Of a stretch of 64,000 nt of DNA, positions 1 to 14,020 are shown in pieces (positions within the stretch are counted from its first letter, which is position 1; each line of letters begins with the position of its first letter). Below the pieces are notes generated by a model. That model was not told where the DNA came from and ran no database searches. It saw nothing but the letters and a program-made list of their open reading frames with translations. A program made the position numbers and the translations under genes. Source of the stretch: Octopus bimaculoides (lineage: Eukaryota); the NCBI RefSeq assembly GCF_001194135.2, contig NC_068993.1, forward strand, positions 21,806,484 through 21,870,483. The letters are read 5' to 3'.

Positions 1-364
1 GTTGGTGGATATTATAACCTCTTCCTGGTATTTTTCGGCTTCCTTTAAGACAGAAATCGGTCTTTGTTTTTCTAATGCACTGTGGCTAGTTTTATTAATT
101 TTCTTTGGCTCTGAATTAGATATTTATAGTCCCATGATGGATTATTTATAGCAGATTTCTTGTTGTATAAAACCTCTACTTCTTCAATTCGTTGTAAATG
201 TAAGCTTACTATATCAGATTTTGTATGGCTTATTCTAATACAAGCACAGGCACAAATACAGACATGCATACTCACATACAGTTTGCTCAGTTCATTTAGT
301 GTCCAAATTAAGAATATTGTAATTGTAACTAATAAATGGGACAGATAGAGTAATGATGCCTGTT

Positions 365-845
365 GCCTTCTTTTCGCATTGAGCTCTGTTTTAAGTATTA
401 ATCCAACTCTTCTCTGATATTCCTTCCGTTTGTGTGTGTTCGCTTATTCCTAAGAATGTGTATGTCTGGGTTTGATTTAGTTCTATTATCTTATTTTCTT
501 TATCTGATGTAATATTGTTATTCTTAATTAGTTTTCTGCTTTTCAACATTGCTTTGGTACATTTTTCTAAGCCAAATTTCATATATACTTCTTTGATAAA
601 TTCGCGCACTGTCTGTAGCAATTTTTCCAGTTGTTTATCAATTGCAGCATACAACTTGAGATCATCAATATGGAAGAGGTGGTTGATTTTTTTATTTTTT
701 TATCATGGTTGTTGAATCCGTATCCCGTTGTGTTTAGCATGTCAGTTAAAGGCGACAGTGCCAGAGAGAAAAGAAGTGGAGAGAGTGAGTCTTCTTCGAA
801 TATTCCTCTTCTAATTGAGATGGCTTTAGTTTTTATAATTCCCAT
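365..845 (-). mobile_element. R4/Dong-like non-LTR retrotransposon reverse-transcriptase fragment (decayed)
   Basis: Minus-strand translations give GIFEEDSLSPLLFSLALSPL (GIFQGDSLSPLLF-like), HIDDLKLYA, KFGLEKC and ILKTELNA. These are the same motifs as the larger element at 45.7-48.0 kb. Frameshifted; abuts an (ATC)n tract. Confidence 0.8.
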
Positions 846-876
846 CATCATCCTCATCATTTTCGTCATCATCATT

Positions 877-914
<38 letters not shown>

Positions 915-915
915 G
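843..915. repeat. (ATC)n microsatellite
   Basis: Direct reading of the sequence; source of the spurious poly-M/poly-I ORFs. Confidence 0.95.
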
Positions 916-924
916 ATTATTAAG

Positions 925-1110
925 AAGGCAGCGATCTGGGAAAATTGTTAGCCACGCATTTCGCCCGTTCTAACGTTCTGATCTCAAATTACGCCGGGGT
1001 CGACTGAACCTTTTATCATTTTGGAGTAAAAGAAATAAGTAGCAGTGATGAAATCGGGTCGATGTAATTGACGTCCCTCTTCCTTCAACAACTCATGGTC
1101 CTGTGTCAAA
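925..1110 (+). mobile_element. tRNA-derived SINE, octopus family A (degenerate copy)
   Basis: Matches the GGCGGCGAGCTGGCAG...GAGTTCAAATT...GGGGTCGAT family repeated across the window. Confidence 0.6.
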
Positions 1111-4100
1111 ATTTAAAACCTTTATTATCATTGTATCACCTGTTACTGTGATATCAGGTTGATACCACAATTTCATTACCCACTACTACCAGTGAGAAAA
1201 GGCGATGAATTACCAGTAAATCATCGTATAGAAAATTTCGCAGTATTCCCTTGAAATGCTTTAGATTTTAGCCTGAAAACAATGGATTGAATCAAAATCA
1301 ATTTTTACTTTATATAAACAACATAAACTTGAAATCTTTACTGGTGTCCCATCAGCACAGGACTGCTTTAAGAAATTTAAAGCAGGAAAAAGATCGCTTT
1401 CCAGTGGCTCTGGGGTATTGTTTTTAACCCCTCAGATATCCATAGGCTTTTGTATGACACTCTGAGTCGCGAGCTAATGCATCGCGGAAAGCCCACTTGC
1501 CATAGTGCCTTGTTAACAAACTTCCTGTAGAGACCTGCTTGACTCTTCATATGTATGTAGTATATAGATCATTTACTAACCACACAAAACGAGTGATGTA
1601 TTATATAATTCATGTTTAACAATATAATAAATTTTATCTGAGAGAAGTTGATGAACAGAATAGTTTATTGTTCATTTGATAAAGCTTCTTTTTCACTCAG
1701 ATTTAATGTTAGCTTTTAATTGGTTTTCTCTACCTTATGCAGAACACACACATAAAATTATACTACTTTCTCATAGATACATTGTTCAAATGTTGTATTT
1801 AAGGGAACGCTTGCAGGAAATATAAAGCAATAAATCGCTTAAAAAGTTTTATTGAAGTTCATTTATTTTTTCTGCTGTGAAATTCTACGGTTAACCCTTG
1901 ATTCCAATGAAGAAGTCTCTTCGAGATCTTTCGAGAGTACTGATGGTGCGTAACTGGAAGATGTTATAACTACAGTTGATCATTGTTGTTCAACTAAATT
2001 TACGGATACCAGGGGAATCTTTAGTATGCAACAATAATTAACGTGGGACGATTTGTCAGTATTATTCACTGAAATAAAGAAACGTTCTTGTGCATAGTCA
2101 AAAATCCCGTGATAATACCAGAATAGAAATTTGCATAACGTTTCAAACGGAGGTCCTCGCCAGAATGAAGTACATAGGAGAAAAAGAAAGAAAATTAGAA
2201 AACACTGGGCTGAAAATGCACTTAGTGCTTTGGTGTAGCCCACACATTACAGTCCAGTCATACCATTTTGAATTTCGAAATTCTAAAACGATTTCTTATA
2301 AACCCTCTTCGTGCATATATACTAACACGTTTATTGCGTTTTATCGATTTTGCTATCTTGCATTTTAAAATTATACGTATGTATGCATGTATGTATGTAT
2401 GTATGTATGCATATATGTATGTATATATGTATGTATATATATATATATATATATATAGTAGGAGAAGGTTATGACGGAAAAAACTGTTTTGTTACTATTC
2501 CTGATAGTAGGTTTTTATTGTTTCATTTTATTGTCAGTTTTTATATCCTTTCAGAAAGCAGAACTCTCACAACCTTCAAAACACGCTGTTCCCATAAAAA
2601 TCTTTCCTAGAAGTTATTCTGCACAACAACTTTATACAGCGTGTTACGTTGACGAGATGTTATAGTCTTTGGGAGAAAATTTATGTACATTGTCAGTAGC
2701 TGGAAGTGTATGTAGAACAAAATCTATATACTTAAACGTACTTTACTAATAATTTGCTAATAGTTTACTAATAATTTAGAACAAGCTAATAAAACAATTA
2801 TGAGAAAATTTCATGAGTGCATTTTCTGTTGAAAAGTGAATATGAAATCTAAACAATCTTTCGCTTCAACTTCATCTAATTGTGCATGCATTTAAGAACC
2901 CAACGAAATTCTTTTTGTTTATGAATTTTATGGCACAAAACCTATCGTTAGTTTAAAGCATTTCAGCAGTACTATGAGTGTTTATTCATAACGTCCTATC
3001 GGATTTGCGACTGTAGGAACGCAGTAATAAATTATAGATATAATCAATTTATTTATTTGTTGTTTATATGTGATTCATGATTTTTTTATTGAGGAATATG
3101 ACAAATATGAATGATTGTTTTGTTAACATTTACATATAGTAAGATAGCGGTATTTAACCCCTGCTTTATTTTATACATCTTTCATTCTACAACCTAAAAA
3201 TCATAGTCCAAACACTATTTGAGCACCAAATAACATAACCTATGTTATTAAATGACAATTACTTGATGTATATATTCATAACCCGTTGTTCTTTCAACAC
3301 AGGCCTGGCAATGGGCAATGTCTATATTTACACGGAGGAGAGATGATAAGATAGAATAATGTTATATTGTTTTGCAATGAAATTATACCGATGAGATGTA
3401 GATATAAGATAGGACCGTATTGCAATCTGATGAATATAACACTTTACTGCCGCCAGACATTGTAGAATGTATGATTTTGTCAAGTAGCGAGTGAAGGAAG
3501 AGAAAGCTAGCAGCATATCTGAAATGGGGACTTAGTAATATTTTATCCCTCTAGATCTTCCGTTTCAATAAAATAAATTTTCGTCATTATTTTCCCATTC
3601 CGTTTCTACCATGTTGTGCACCATGTTGCATGGACAATATTTCTTTTACAGCTCTCATTTGTTTTTCTCAAACAAAACAAATTTCGAACACATCATTTGA
3701 GCGTTAACAAGATTGCCGTGAGAAATAGTTTCATTCATTGGCCAATATGAGTTACAAAACTTGGGCTTGAATGCAGATGTTTTTAAGACAGCAGAATATA
3801 ACTAGTCGGAGGTATAGTCTGTCAAAAGTATATTCCTTTTGCTAAAAAGAGATAGCTGTATGACTCGATACGGCTCTAATTTGACAACGGCTGTAATTTG
3901 ACGACGGCTGTAAAGTGCAAGTTCAGTGGAACGATGGACAATATGAATTGTGGAATTTACTTCACTTTGGCGTCTGAGTTCAACGTAGCATTTCGTCATT
4001 CTTTTGCCGACGAAAGGTACTGGTTTGATGTGTTCCGCCATACTGCCCACAAGGATTTTTCCTTCCTCCTATGCTGGTAGTCTGTGCAAGGGAGAGACTA

Positions 4101-6199
4101 GCGGATGATGAAGTCTGAAAAGCTTCGAACAAACTATTTTGCAGATTTATGAAGTTAAATTAAGCCAATTTCCAGTTTTGTCTTTCATCACATCAGCTTC
4201 CATCAAACAACTACCATTCCATACGTAACATAAAACAGTATGGTTTTGTGTCTACGTAGGAAACCATTGTTATTTGAGGCGTGATCGAGTGACAAGAACG
4301 ATAGGTGCCAAATTAAGAAAATTTAACTGATTGTAAACAGAGACGGAAAGGAGTATAAAACGAAAATAATTGTTATGGGTCCAAGAGAATTTCAGGTTGT
4401 GGCGGTTTTATAATAAACAAACTATATTTGATCAAATTGTAAGGGAATTAATCAAATATCAAAACTTAAAAATCAAATTTAAATATACTGAAAGGAAATA
4501 AAATGCATTTATTGCATTTTCACTTGTATGGTTCTTCTGTTGCTGAATCGTTAAATCAATCTCCCTCACCCCAACCAATACACAATTTCTCAACATCTTT
4601 TTTCTGTACTCTCTCCTTCTCACTCTCTCCTGCACACAGTCTCTCGCACATACACACTATTTCCCACATTTCGTGTTTTACATATAACTATATACATAAT
4701 TATTTTTCTCTTCTTTTCTGACTACACGCGTAACTTGCACGCATATACACGCTCACAGAGAGATGATGCGCGCACACACATGCATATAAATATGTAAATA
4801 TACTCAGAAAATGGCATAAACAAAGACACGGTAACATACACACACCACACAAATTATTCTCGACTCTCAGACTTATTTTTGTGTGTTGTCACTGTGTATG
4901 TATGTATGTATGTTTGTATGTATGTATGTATGTATTATGTATATATGTATGTATGTATGTTAATCGGTAGGTACAAACACAGAATACAAACAAACACACG
5001 CGTAAAAAATAAAATAAATACCTATTATTGAAAAAGGAGCTAGTTCCCCTTCACTGACACAAAATCCTTTAAAATAAGATAATAAAGTAAATTAGCAAAT
5101 AATTCAATTGTTTACCAGACATCTGAAACAATGTAATGAAGTATACAGAAATGATCAACTTGTGTGATCTGTGTATTAATGTGTTTGTGCATGCTCGCTT
5201 GTGTGTTGTGTTCAAGTGTGCGAGTGCAAGTGTGTGTGTTAGTATATTCGTGAGCAAATGGTCTGTGTGCGCGCTCAAGTGTTGTACATTATGTGTTGCG
5301 TTAGAAGATCTGTATGTAGATGTGTGTGTGTGTGTTTATATTTCTGTGAGTAATATCCACGTGTGTATCGATGCATGTAGTTGTCCTATTATTATATTCG
5401 CTTATGTGTGCGCTGTACCTATGTGTGTGCTACGAGCGCATGTGTATGCACCAGTCTTTATTTGCAAGTGTGCGTGTATGTTGTGTGTCTGTTTGTAAGT
5501 CTGAAAGCGCTTGTTGTAAGAGTATGTCTATTTATATCTTTCGATGCAAGTGCATTTGTTAATGTCTCTGTTCGTCTTTGTGGCGTGTGTATGTATGTGG
5601 GCTTGTCTGACTGATTATGAATTTGTGTCTTTGTATGTTTATTTGTAAGCCTCTTCCTGTTAGTACGTGGTTATGTTTCTGAATGTGTGTATTTGTCGTA
5701 TATTTATCTTTGTTCACTCTACTGAGAGATTCAACATTAAATAAATAATATACAAAAACAAATATATAAACTATAAATATATAAATAACCCGAACTTGTG
5801 ATGAAAGAGAAATATATCTCTTTGTCTTTATACAATTTATAAACAATACTGAAGCTGTGAGCAACCTTAGTGGTAGTGGTATCGGTGTTGATGATAGCTG
5901 GGGTTCTAATAATGGGGGCAATAGATAGGATTGCTGTGGTGCTGGTGTTCGAATTTTGGTTGTAAAAATGGTAGAATTATTTGTTTCTTTTTCTTGTGTT
6001 TAAGCACCAGGAATGCTTTAACTAATCAATACATTACATTTGCAATTTTTCTTGGGTATTTGCAAAGAATGGGAAATGTTATTCCTATTCTATCCAAAGC
6101 AGCAGACGGTAGTGTAATGTGAGAGAAATTTAGCTGCTATTTCAACCGAAGTGGGCGACTACGTAGATGCTCGAGGTTTGGCTGAGTGTACTGTTTCAT

Positions 6200-6400
6200 A
6201 ATGACGTCAGTGATGATGATGGCTTCTGAAGTACCTGTATTGCAAAGGGCCAGTCTTGCCACACACTGTGTCACGCTGAATCTCCCCGAGAACTACGTTA
6301 AGGGTACACGTGTCTGTGGATTGCTCAGCCACTTACGCGTTAATTTCTGTTGATCGGATCAACTGGAACCCTCGTCGTCATAACCAACGGAGTTCCACGT
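6200..6400 (-). mobile_element. Short interspersed repeat, family C (GTTGTTGGCACTCCGTCG... type)
   Basis: Reverse complement matches 25120-25345 (GATCCGATCAAC, AATTAACG, GTGGCTGAGCA, CCCTTAAC, GATTCAGCGTGACACA). Confidence 0.75.
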
Positions 6401-7719
6401 GATATATNNNNNNNNNNNNNNNNNNNNNNNNNNNNNNNNNNNNNNNNNNNNNNNNNNNNNNNNNNNNTATATATATATATATATATTTATGAGTGAGTGA
6501 GTGAATGATTGAGAGGATGTATGTATGTATGTATGTATGATCTAGTACGCAGGAAAACAGTTGAGCTGTGTCTTGGGCGTTTTCAAGATTCGCGTCACCA
6601 TTTCAATAGATTAAGCTGTCGGTTAGACATGAGAGGAAAAAGTACTGAGCTGAACTAGGCACAAATTGGATGACAAAAGAAGAGCAGTAGAGTGATCCAG
6701 ATAGGCTTGGGGACAGGTGAAACTGTACGTGTCTGTTCCAACGTGCAGAGGCATCAGCTCTAGCGCTAGAAAAGGCAGGTTGGGAGAAGTTACATAAAAT
6801 ACACGTTACTGCGATTTAAATACATTCGCTAATTCCAAGTGCGAGTTATCATACATACACACGTTCATATAATGTGAACGCACCCGCACAATATTATTAC
6901 GCAACGATATGCGTACATATAACTTTTTTTTTCTCGTATTGGGCACTCAACTACAAATGAATTTAGGGGTGTCATCATGACGTATGGATCGGGATGGGCA
7001 TTTTTAGACTCGGCTGACCCCGTGACCCCGATTCTCTTTTAATAGGTTAACAACAGCCACTTGAGAAAGAAATAGAATAGACAATAGTACAGGAATGGCA
7101 CGATGTCGTTCCTCAAAGGATGAATAGTAAAATTATCTTTGGTGATAAGTAACATAGAACGTCGATAAAGGGAACGAACATGATAAGACACCTGATACAT
7201 TACGACGCAAATAAAATGCCACCCTTCACACGTGAGCACCCATATACACGCACTCGCGCGCACACATACAAACATATACACACAGTCACCAGTATTTATG
7301 TACAAGAGTTGTTAGATTGGGAGAGTCGTTAGTGCGTCGAATGTAATGCTTTATTATTTTCCTTCTAGGTTTCTACACTCAAAATTTAGTTTCTAATGCG
7401 GTTGAGTTTGCATTCGTTTTTTTTCAGATCGATAAAGATTAAACTATATGAATTTCACTACGACCCTCTCACCCTACAATATTAACATCCTGGGTAATCC
7501 ACTGGATCAAGTGTGGGAGTCTCGAGGTAGCGTCTACTTTAAACAACGTAAGCACGTAATCTATAAGAAAGAGTGATGGCAAGCCATAGTCAACTGAACT
7601 TGATAGACGTACTGATCTTGTTACGTGCACGCACGCACACACACACACACACTCAAAAGCACACACGTATACGTACAAATATATTCGCTATTTCCTACTC
7701 ATGTAAACTTCGAGTGCCT

Positions 7720-8095
7720 TTGTGGCAAGAAGCTTGCTTTCCAACCACATGGTTCCGCCTTCAGTCCCACTGAAACTGTCTTCTACTATAGCCTCAGTCT
7801 TGTGAGTGGATTTGGTAGACGGAAACTGAAAGAAGCCCAATATATAATATGTATATATTTATGTGTGTGTATCTTTCTGTCTGTGTTTGTCCCTTCAACA
7901 CCACTTCATAACCGGTATTGGTGTATTTACATCCGCATAAGCTAGGCGGTTCGGCGAAAGGGAACGATAAAATAACCACTAGGCTTAAAAAATAAGTTCT
8001 AAGGTCGATTTGTTCTCCAAAAATCTTTCATGGCGATGCTGCAGTATGGCTGCAGTCAGATGACTTAAACGAGTAAAAGAATAAAATAATATATG
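7720..8095 (+). mobile_element. tRNA-derived SINE, family B, with internal TA/TG tract
   Basis: AAGAAGCTTGCTTTCCAACCACATGGTTCC...CAGTCCCACTG...GTGAGTGGATTTGGTAGACGGAAACTGAAAGAAGCCC; homologous to 27140-27490 and 39293-39700. Confidence 0.8.
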
Positions 8096-8614
8096 CATCA
8101 TAGCGTGTTGTCTTGCTTCACATCATGTCAAGTCGTTTTAAAGACTTTAGAAAGCTTTAGTTATCAAGCAATTGAATTTATGATTAAAATTATATTGTTG
8201 TCATCTATTTTTGTTACAACTTGCTTGGTCAAGAAGTTTCTTTATATTTTGAAATGGTAGAAACGTTAGTGTCACACAAAATACCTTGTCGTCTTCTCGT
8301 TACCGGTCTTCGTCTATTAGTTCATATCCCAGCAAAAAACATCTCTTGTCGATGGAATACACACTTGGCAATAAATGGTGATATTAAATATCCTGCTTTA
8401 CAAGAAGTATCAGTGGACGAAATACCATGCAGTATTTCTCCGTACTCTGTGTTCCGATATCAAATCCCGCTGATGATAATTTTGCCTTTCTTCTATCCAG
8501 GGTCTAAAATATAGTACCGGTTAAGTTTTAGTTTAGATTTAATAGATGAAGCTCTCCCTTGATTTTAGGGTATATGTCTATATTACAAATAGTTTCTATT
8601 ATTTTTTTTACAGC

Positions 8615-9030
8615 AGCAATATGTGGAGCTCGCAGAAGCGATTGGACGCCGGGCAAAAAGGCTTAGCGGCATTTTGTCTGTCTTTACGTTCTGAGTTCAA
8701 ATTTCTCCGAGGTCGATTTCTCCTTTCATGCTATCGGGGTCGATGAAATAAGGACCGGTCATGCACTTAGATGTAATCGGCTACACACTGCCCTAAAATC
8801 TCGGGCCTTGTGTCTATAGAAAGGATCATTATTTGCACCAACAAGGGGGCGAGCTTGCAGAATTCTTAGCATACCAGGTAAAATGATTAGCGGCATACGT
8901 CACCTGTTTTTATATTGTCGTTTGTTCGTCCAAGGTCGATGAAATAAATACCAGTTGAGCACTGGTGTCGAGAAAATCGACTAGCCCATTCTACAAAGTT
9001 TCAGGTTTTGTGCCTATAGTAAAAAAAATT
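8615..9030 (+). mobile_element. Two tandem family-A SINE copies
   Basis: Two successive units, each with TTAGCGGC, GGTCGATGAAATAA and TGTGYCTATAG. The first retains the B-box-like GAGTTCAAATT. Confidence 0.7.
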
Positions 9031-10197
9031 ATTTTTTTACTCCATTATTGTTGTCATCGTCATTACCAGCAACAATGTCATCTTTTGTATCACTAACATC
9101 ATTCTCATTAACAATATCGCCTTTAGTATCACTAATATCATCATTAATGCAGGGATGTTTTAGAAATCAAACGGATCAAAATAAGAAGCTTTATCGTGTT
9201 AAGAATATCTTTTAACCAGATTAAGTTAATAAAACAAAATCACCAACGCATATGTACAAAGCAACACTTATCTATTAATTGTAAGGAAGTATGAAAGAAA
9301 GACGGAGACAGACAGATGACGAGGAGGGGGCAAGAGAGAAACATAATACAACAGCAGAACTGAAAAGGGAATAACCCTCAACATTGATATTCACTACGTC
9401 ATTAATAGAATATTAAGATATAAGATTCATATATTAATACTTTCCTTCGCATAAATTTACAACCTCACATTAATTTAATTACAATTAAACGTATATTTAT
9501 GTACGCTTACGCACAGCTGTGGAACACAACCAAATTGATATATATATATATANNNNNNNNNNNNNNNNNNNNNNNNNNNNNNNNNNNNNNNNNNNNNNNN
9601 NNNNNNNNNNNNNNNNNNNNNNNNNNNNNNNNNNNNNNNNNNNNNNNNNNNNNNNNNNNNNNNNNNNNNNNNNNNNNNNNNNNNNNNNNNNNNNNNNNNN
9701 NNNNNNNNNNNNNNNNNNNNNNNNNNNNNNNNNNNNNNNNNNNNNNNNNNNNNNNNNNNNNNNNNNNNNNNNNNNNNNNNNNNNNNNNNNNNNNNNNNNN
9801 NNNNNNNNNNNNNNNNNNNNNNNNNNNNNNNNNNNNNNNNNNNNNNNNNNNNNNNNNNNNNNNNNNNNNNNNNNNNNNNNNNNNNNNNNNNNNNNNNNNN
9901 NNNNNNNNNNNNNNNNNNNNNNNNNNNNNNNNNNNNNNNNNNNNNNNNNNNNNNNNNNNNNNNNNNNNNNNNNNNNNNNNNNNNNNNNNNNNNNNNNNNN
10001 NNNNNNNNNNNNNNNNNNNNNNNNNNNNNNNNNNNNNNNNNNNNNNNNNNNNNNNNNNNNNNNNNNNNNNNNNNNNNNNNNNNNNNNNNNNNNNNNNNNN
10101 NNNNNNNNNNNNNNNNNNNNNNNNNNNNNNNNNNNNNNNNNNNNNNNNNNNNNNNNNNNNNNNNNNNNNNNNNNNNNNNNNNNNNNNNNNNNNNNNN

Positions 10198-10244
<47 letters not shown>

Positions 10245-10437
10245 CATACATATATATATATACGTACATATATATGCATATATATACATATATATATATG
10301 TATATCTATATAAATACATATACATATATATATACCCACCCACGCACACACGCTAACACACACATGCGTACATACATACATACACACACACATTCATGCA
10401 TATATGCAACACAAAAGAACTAACATTCGTTTTGTTC

Positions 10438-10526
<89 letters not shown>

Positions 10527-13500
10527 AGGAAAAGGGGAATGTGGTGACATAGCAGAAGAAGAACAAATGGAGGAGACTATTGGTTTTGTGATTACTTAAT
10601 GAAATTAAGATATTTTAAAAATAAACAAAGATACCATATATAAAAGAGTAGTCTGATAGGAGGCAATTGCAGTAGTTTCAATGAAACGTGATATATTCTG
10701 GTGCCGTACCGTTAAACGGACATTTCTTTATGTACATCTCTGTGTATGAGCATCTGTAGTACGTATGTATGAATATGTATACATGCATGCATGCGTGTGC
10801 AAAATGAGTGTTTGTATGTATGTGTTTAAGTATGGAACATCAGTCGATCAAGAGTTGGATCAAGAGCTTCGCAACAAGAATCCCATTAATCAAATATCAT
10901 TTCTGCATTGCACCATTTTTCTTCTACAATGGCACCATTGAAGTTAACGTTGCTACACACTCACAAAAAAAACCCAAAACAAAAAACAAAAACAGCCAAA
11001 AACATGTGCTTTCGGAACACATACACAAATATTTACGAATATATGTGTATATATATATGTATGCTTACATGGATAGATGAATGGTAGATGGATGGATGGA
11101 TGGATGGATGGACATATAAACTGGGATAGCATTTTATTGGACATCTACCAATGCAGATATATCAAATGACTATTAGTGATTCTTGTTTCATTTGAATAGA
11201 TTTCTGGTGTTTTTTTTTTCTAATATATCTTTTAGCAGCGGCTTGCTGTGCAACGAAGGCATATCGCGAATAGTGATAAGTAGTAAAGAAACAGGTTTAT
11301 CTCTGAAGCTTGTAAGAGGGAGCTAGATAACCAAATACAACATATCTATATACGGATGTGTCTGTGTATATGTAGTTATTTGTACATATGTGTGTATGTG
11401 TGTGTATGTTTGGTTATTTGTATGTGTTGCATATATGAGTTCTGCACTTATATGATGTGATAATTGTCAGTGTGTATGGATGTCTCTGATACGATCAATT
11501 GATGTGTCACTGATCTATTATTGAAAAAAGCCTGAGAGATAAGACAACCCCAGTTACCATATTAGCATATTTATCAATTTGTATTATAAATAGAATAAAT
11601 AGTGGAAAATATATAATATTCATTATTAGTCTGTTATAATTCTTAGTTATTAATTCATGGAAACGGAAAAAGTTGGAAAGTGTCTCATGCAGTCGATTGT
11701 GAAAACTATTAGTATTTTTTTCACTCACTGTACTAAAATGTGATAACGTTTATCTAGTGTGATAATGGGCCGACGTGACAATATGCCTTATAATAAATAC
11801 ATCTCGACGGAATAGCTATCAAAATAAGTTGCTATTATTTGCCGCTGTCAATATAACAACCACAAGTGAATATGAACAATGTAGTGTGTCTGAATAATTC
11901 TCTCCAGAACTGAAGTATTTGAGCCGCTTGACCGATGGTAAACTCGTGCAATGAAATGAAATGTGAACCTGTAATTATACTCAAACCAATAGTCAGCATC
12001 CTTTTTTTTTTTTGGAAGCCATCTTAGAAAAGTATACTGTCTTCTGACGGAAGAGAAGTATGACAAGATGTGAAGATAATTTTCTTCTCAATATATTAAC
12101 TATTCAGATACTTCAGCATATATATTTAGTATGCAGGACGTTCTAAGAGTTACTTTCTTTCATCCAAATTCTTAATTTTTCACCACCAGCATCAGAATAT
12201 TCTCTCTTTCTCGATAAATTAAGTACCAGTTGCGTACCGGGGTAGATCTAATGGACTGGACCCCTCCCCCAAAATTTCGGACCTTGTGCCTAGAGTAGAA
12301 AAGAATATTTGTACTTTATATATACTAATTTCGCAGTCTTGTCAAGGAAAAAGACCATGCTTTACTAAGGAAATTCTTAATACCGAAGCGTTTTTCGTTG
12401 ATTCATCACTTCACTTTATAACAAAACTTACATCTATATGTATCTTCTTTAATTTGCTCTCATGGCATTTATCTCTCTTTGTTATTGATATTAAAGCTAT
12501 AAACTTCTAGTGGGTGTTTTGTCTACAAACTTCAAAATCTCGATAAATCGGAGGTTTGAAACTCAGAGTATAAATACGAATCTCTATAGCATGTGCATCT
12601 ATTACGCAACAAGTTCTCCGGCGGTATTTCTCTCAGTCATATATTTACTATTTATAGAGTGACTTCGTGATTTTTCATAAGAACTACCGGTGGTATAAAT
12701 AAAAAAAGGCTCCCACCATATCCTAAATAGTCTTGGTTGCCGAATTCGAGTTTCTTTGCTTATCCTCATTTTGCCATCTAATTTCCTCCGGTCAAATATT
12801 TTAGGTCTACTCAAGATGTATACATAAGATCACATACGAGGGAAAATGTATTCGTTGAGAAGACACACTAAAACGTAAAATCTTCATCACAGCTGCTATT
12901 AAAGGAAAAATGTCAGTTTTAGTGCATAATATTTATGAAGTCGAAATAACTTTAAATTTATCACCAATATTTACTTTTGACATTTTACTGACGATGCGCC
13001 GCGGAAAGGAATTTCGTAGGGTAATCAATCTGTCGATTTCCTGTCTACGGGTGTAAAACATTTGAACTGCGTTGACTACACATAAGAAAAAAAAATGATG
13101 ATCGTGTTTGAAAGAATAACTTTCACTCCTGCCATTTGAATCTTGTGAATGACGATTTGACATAGCTTCGATGAATTAATTCCATTAAGTTTCCTCAGTA
13201 GCTAAACTAGTATTCCTAATATTTAGATATCTTCTAAAGAAATACGGCGAAAATAGTGTGCCAAGTACGTCATGAATATGCCTGCTAATCTCATTGAAAC
13301 ATGCTTGATTTATGACTAACTAGACGTTAATCATGGGCCTCAGTCATTAATAATTAAAAATATAATTGCAAAACTTATCGCCGAAATTAAAAACCAATAA
13401 TTAATATAAAGGTTAATACAAACATGACTTTGAAATGATACCAATCACATGATTTCTTATTTAATTCTTTCTTTTTTTTTCTATCTCATTCATTTAGCTC

Positions 13501-13859
13501 AGTTTTCAATTGGCCCATTCAGATCTCCGCTTGTTCTCTATCAAGATTGTTTGAGAGTAAAGTAAAGGCTCATTTGAATATCGCAATCTGAAATCAGTTA
13601 ATGATGGCCTATACAAAGTAAATATCGATAATGATGTTGTGCTTTTCAATGAAATAGAATTGAAATTTACCAATAACCACCGGAGCCTATAGAATATTTT
13701 TCCCAAGTTAATCAGCAAATGACCGTTAATGTTAAAGCCACTGACATTTACTGTTTATTCTTTTGTGTTGTTCCTTCATGTTTACATTTTTAAAGTTTCT
13801 TCGTAAACCCCATCTGAGTTGTGAGCATCTAAGCTGATTCGCTATAAAATATAAATGCC

Positions 13860-13970
13860 ATTATTATTATTGTTATTGTTGTTGCTGTTGTTGATGATGG
13901 TGATGATGGTGATGATGGTCGTGATGATAATGATGATGATGACGATAATGATAATGATGATGATGATGAC

Positions 13971-14018
<48 letters not shown>

Positions 14019-14020
14019 AG
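13860..14020. repeat. (TTA/TTG)n-(ATG)n compound microsatellite
   Basis: Direct reading. Confidence 0.95.

Noticed and set aside
1860-4330. Possible Tc1/mariner relics at ~1860-2390 and ~3800-4330, with a 17-bp thrice-repeated motif at ~3870-3915
   Set aside because: Only faint motif similarity after assuming several frameshifts; not enough to call.
9475-10393. Long ORFs spanning N gaps (also 49725-51049, 53249-54331, 55657-56652, 62461-62828)
   Set aside because: Length comes from X residues in assembly gaps flanked by (TA)n; no coding evidence.
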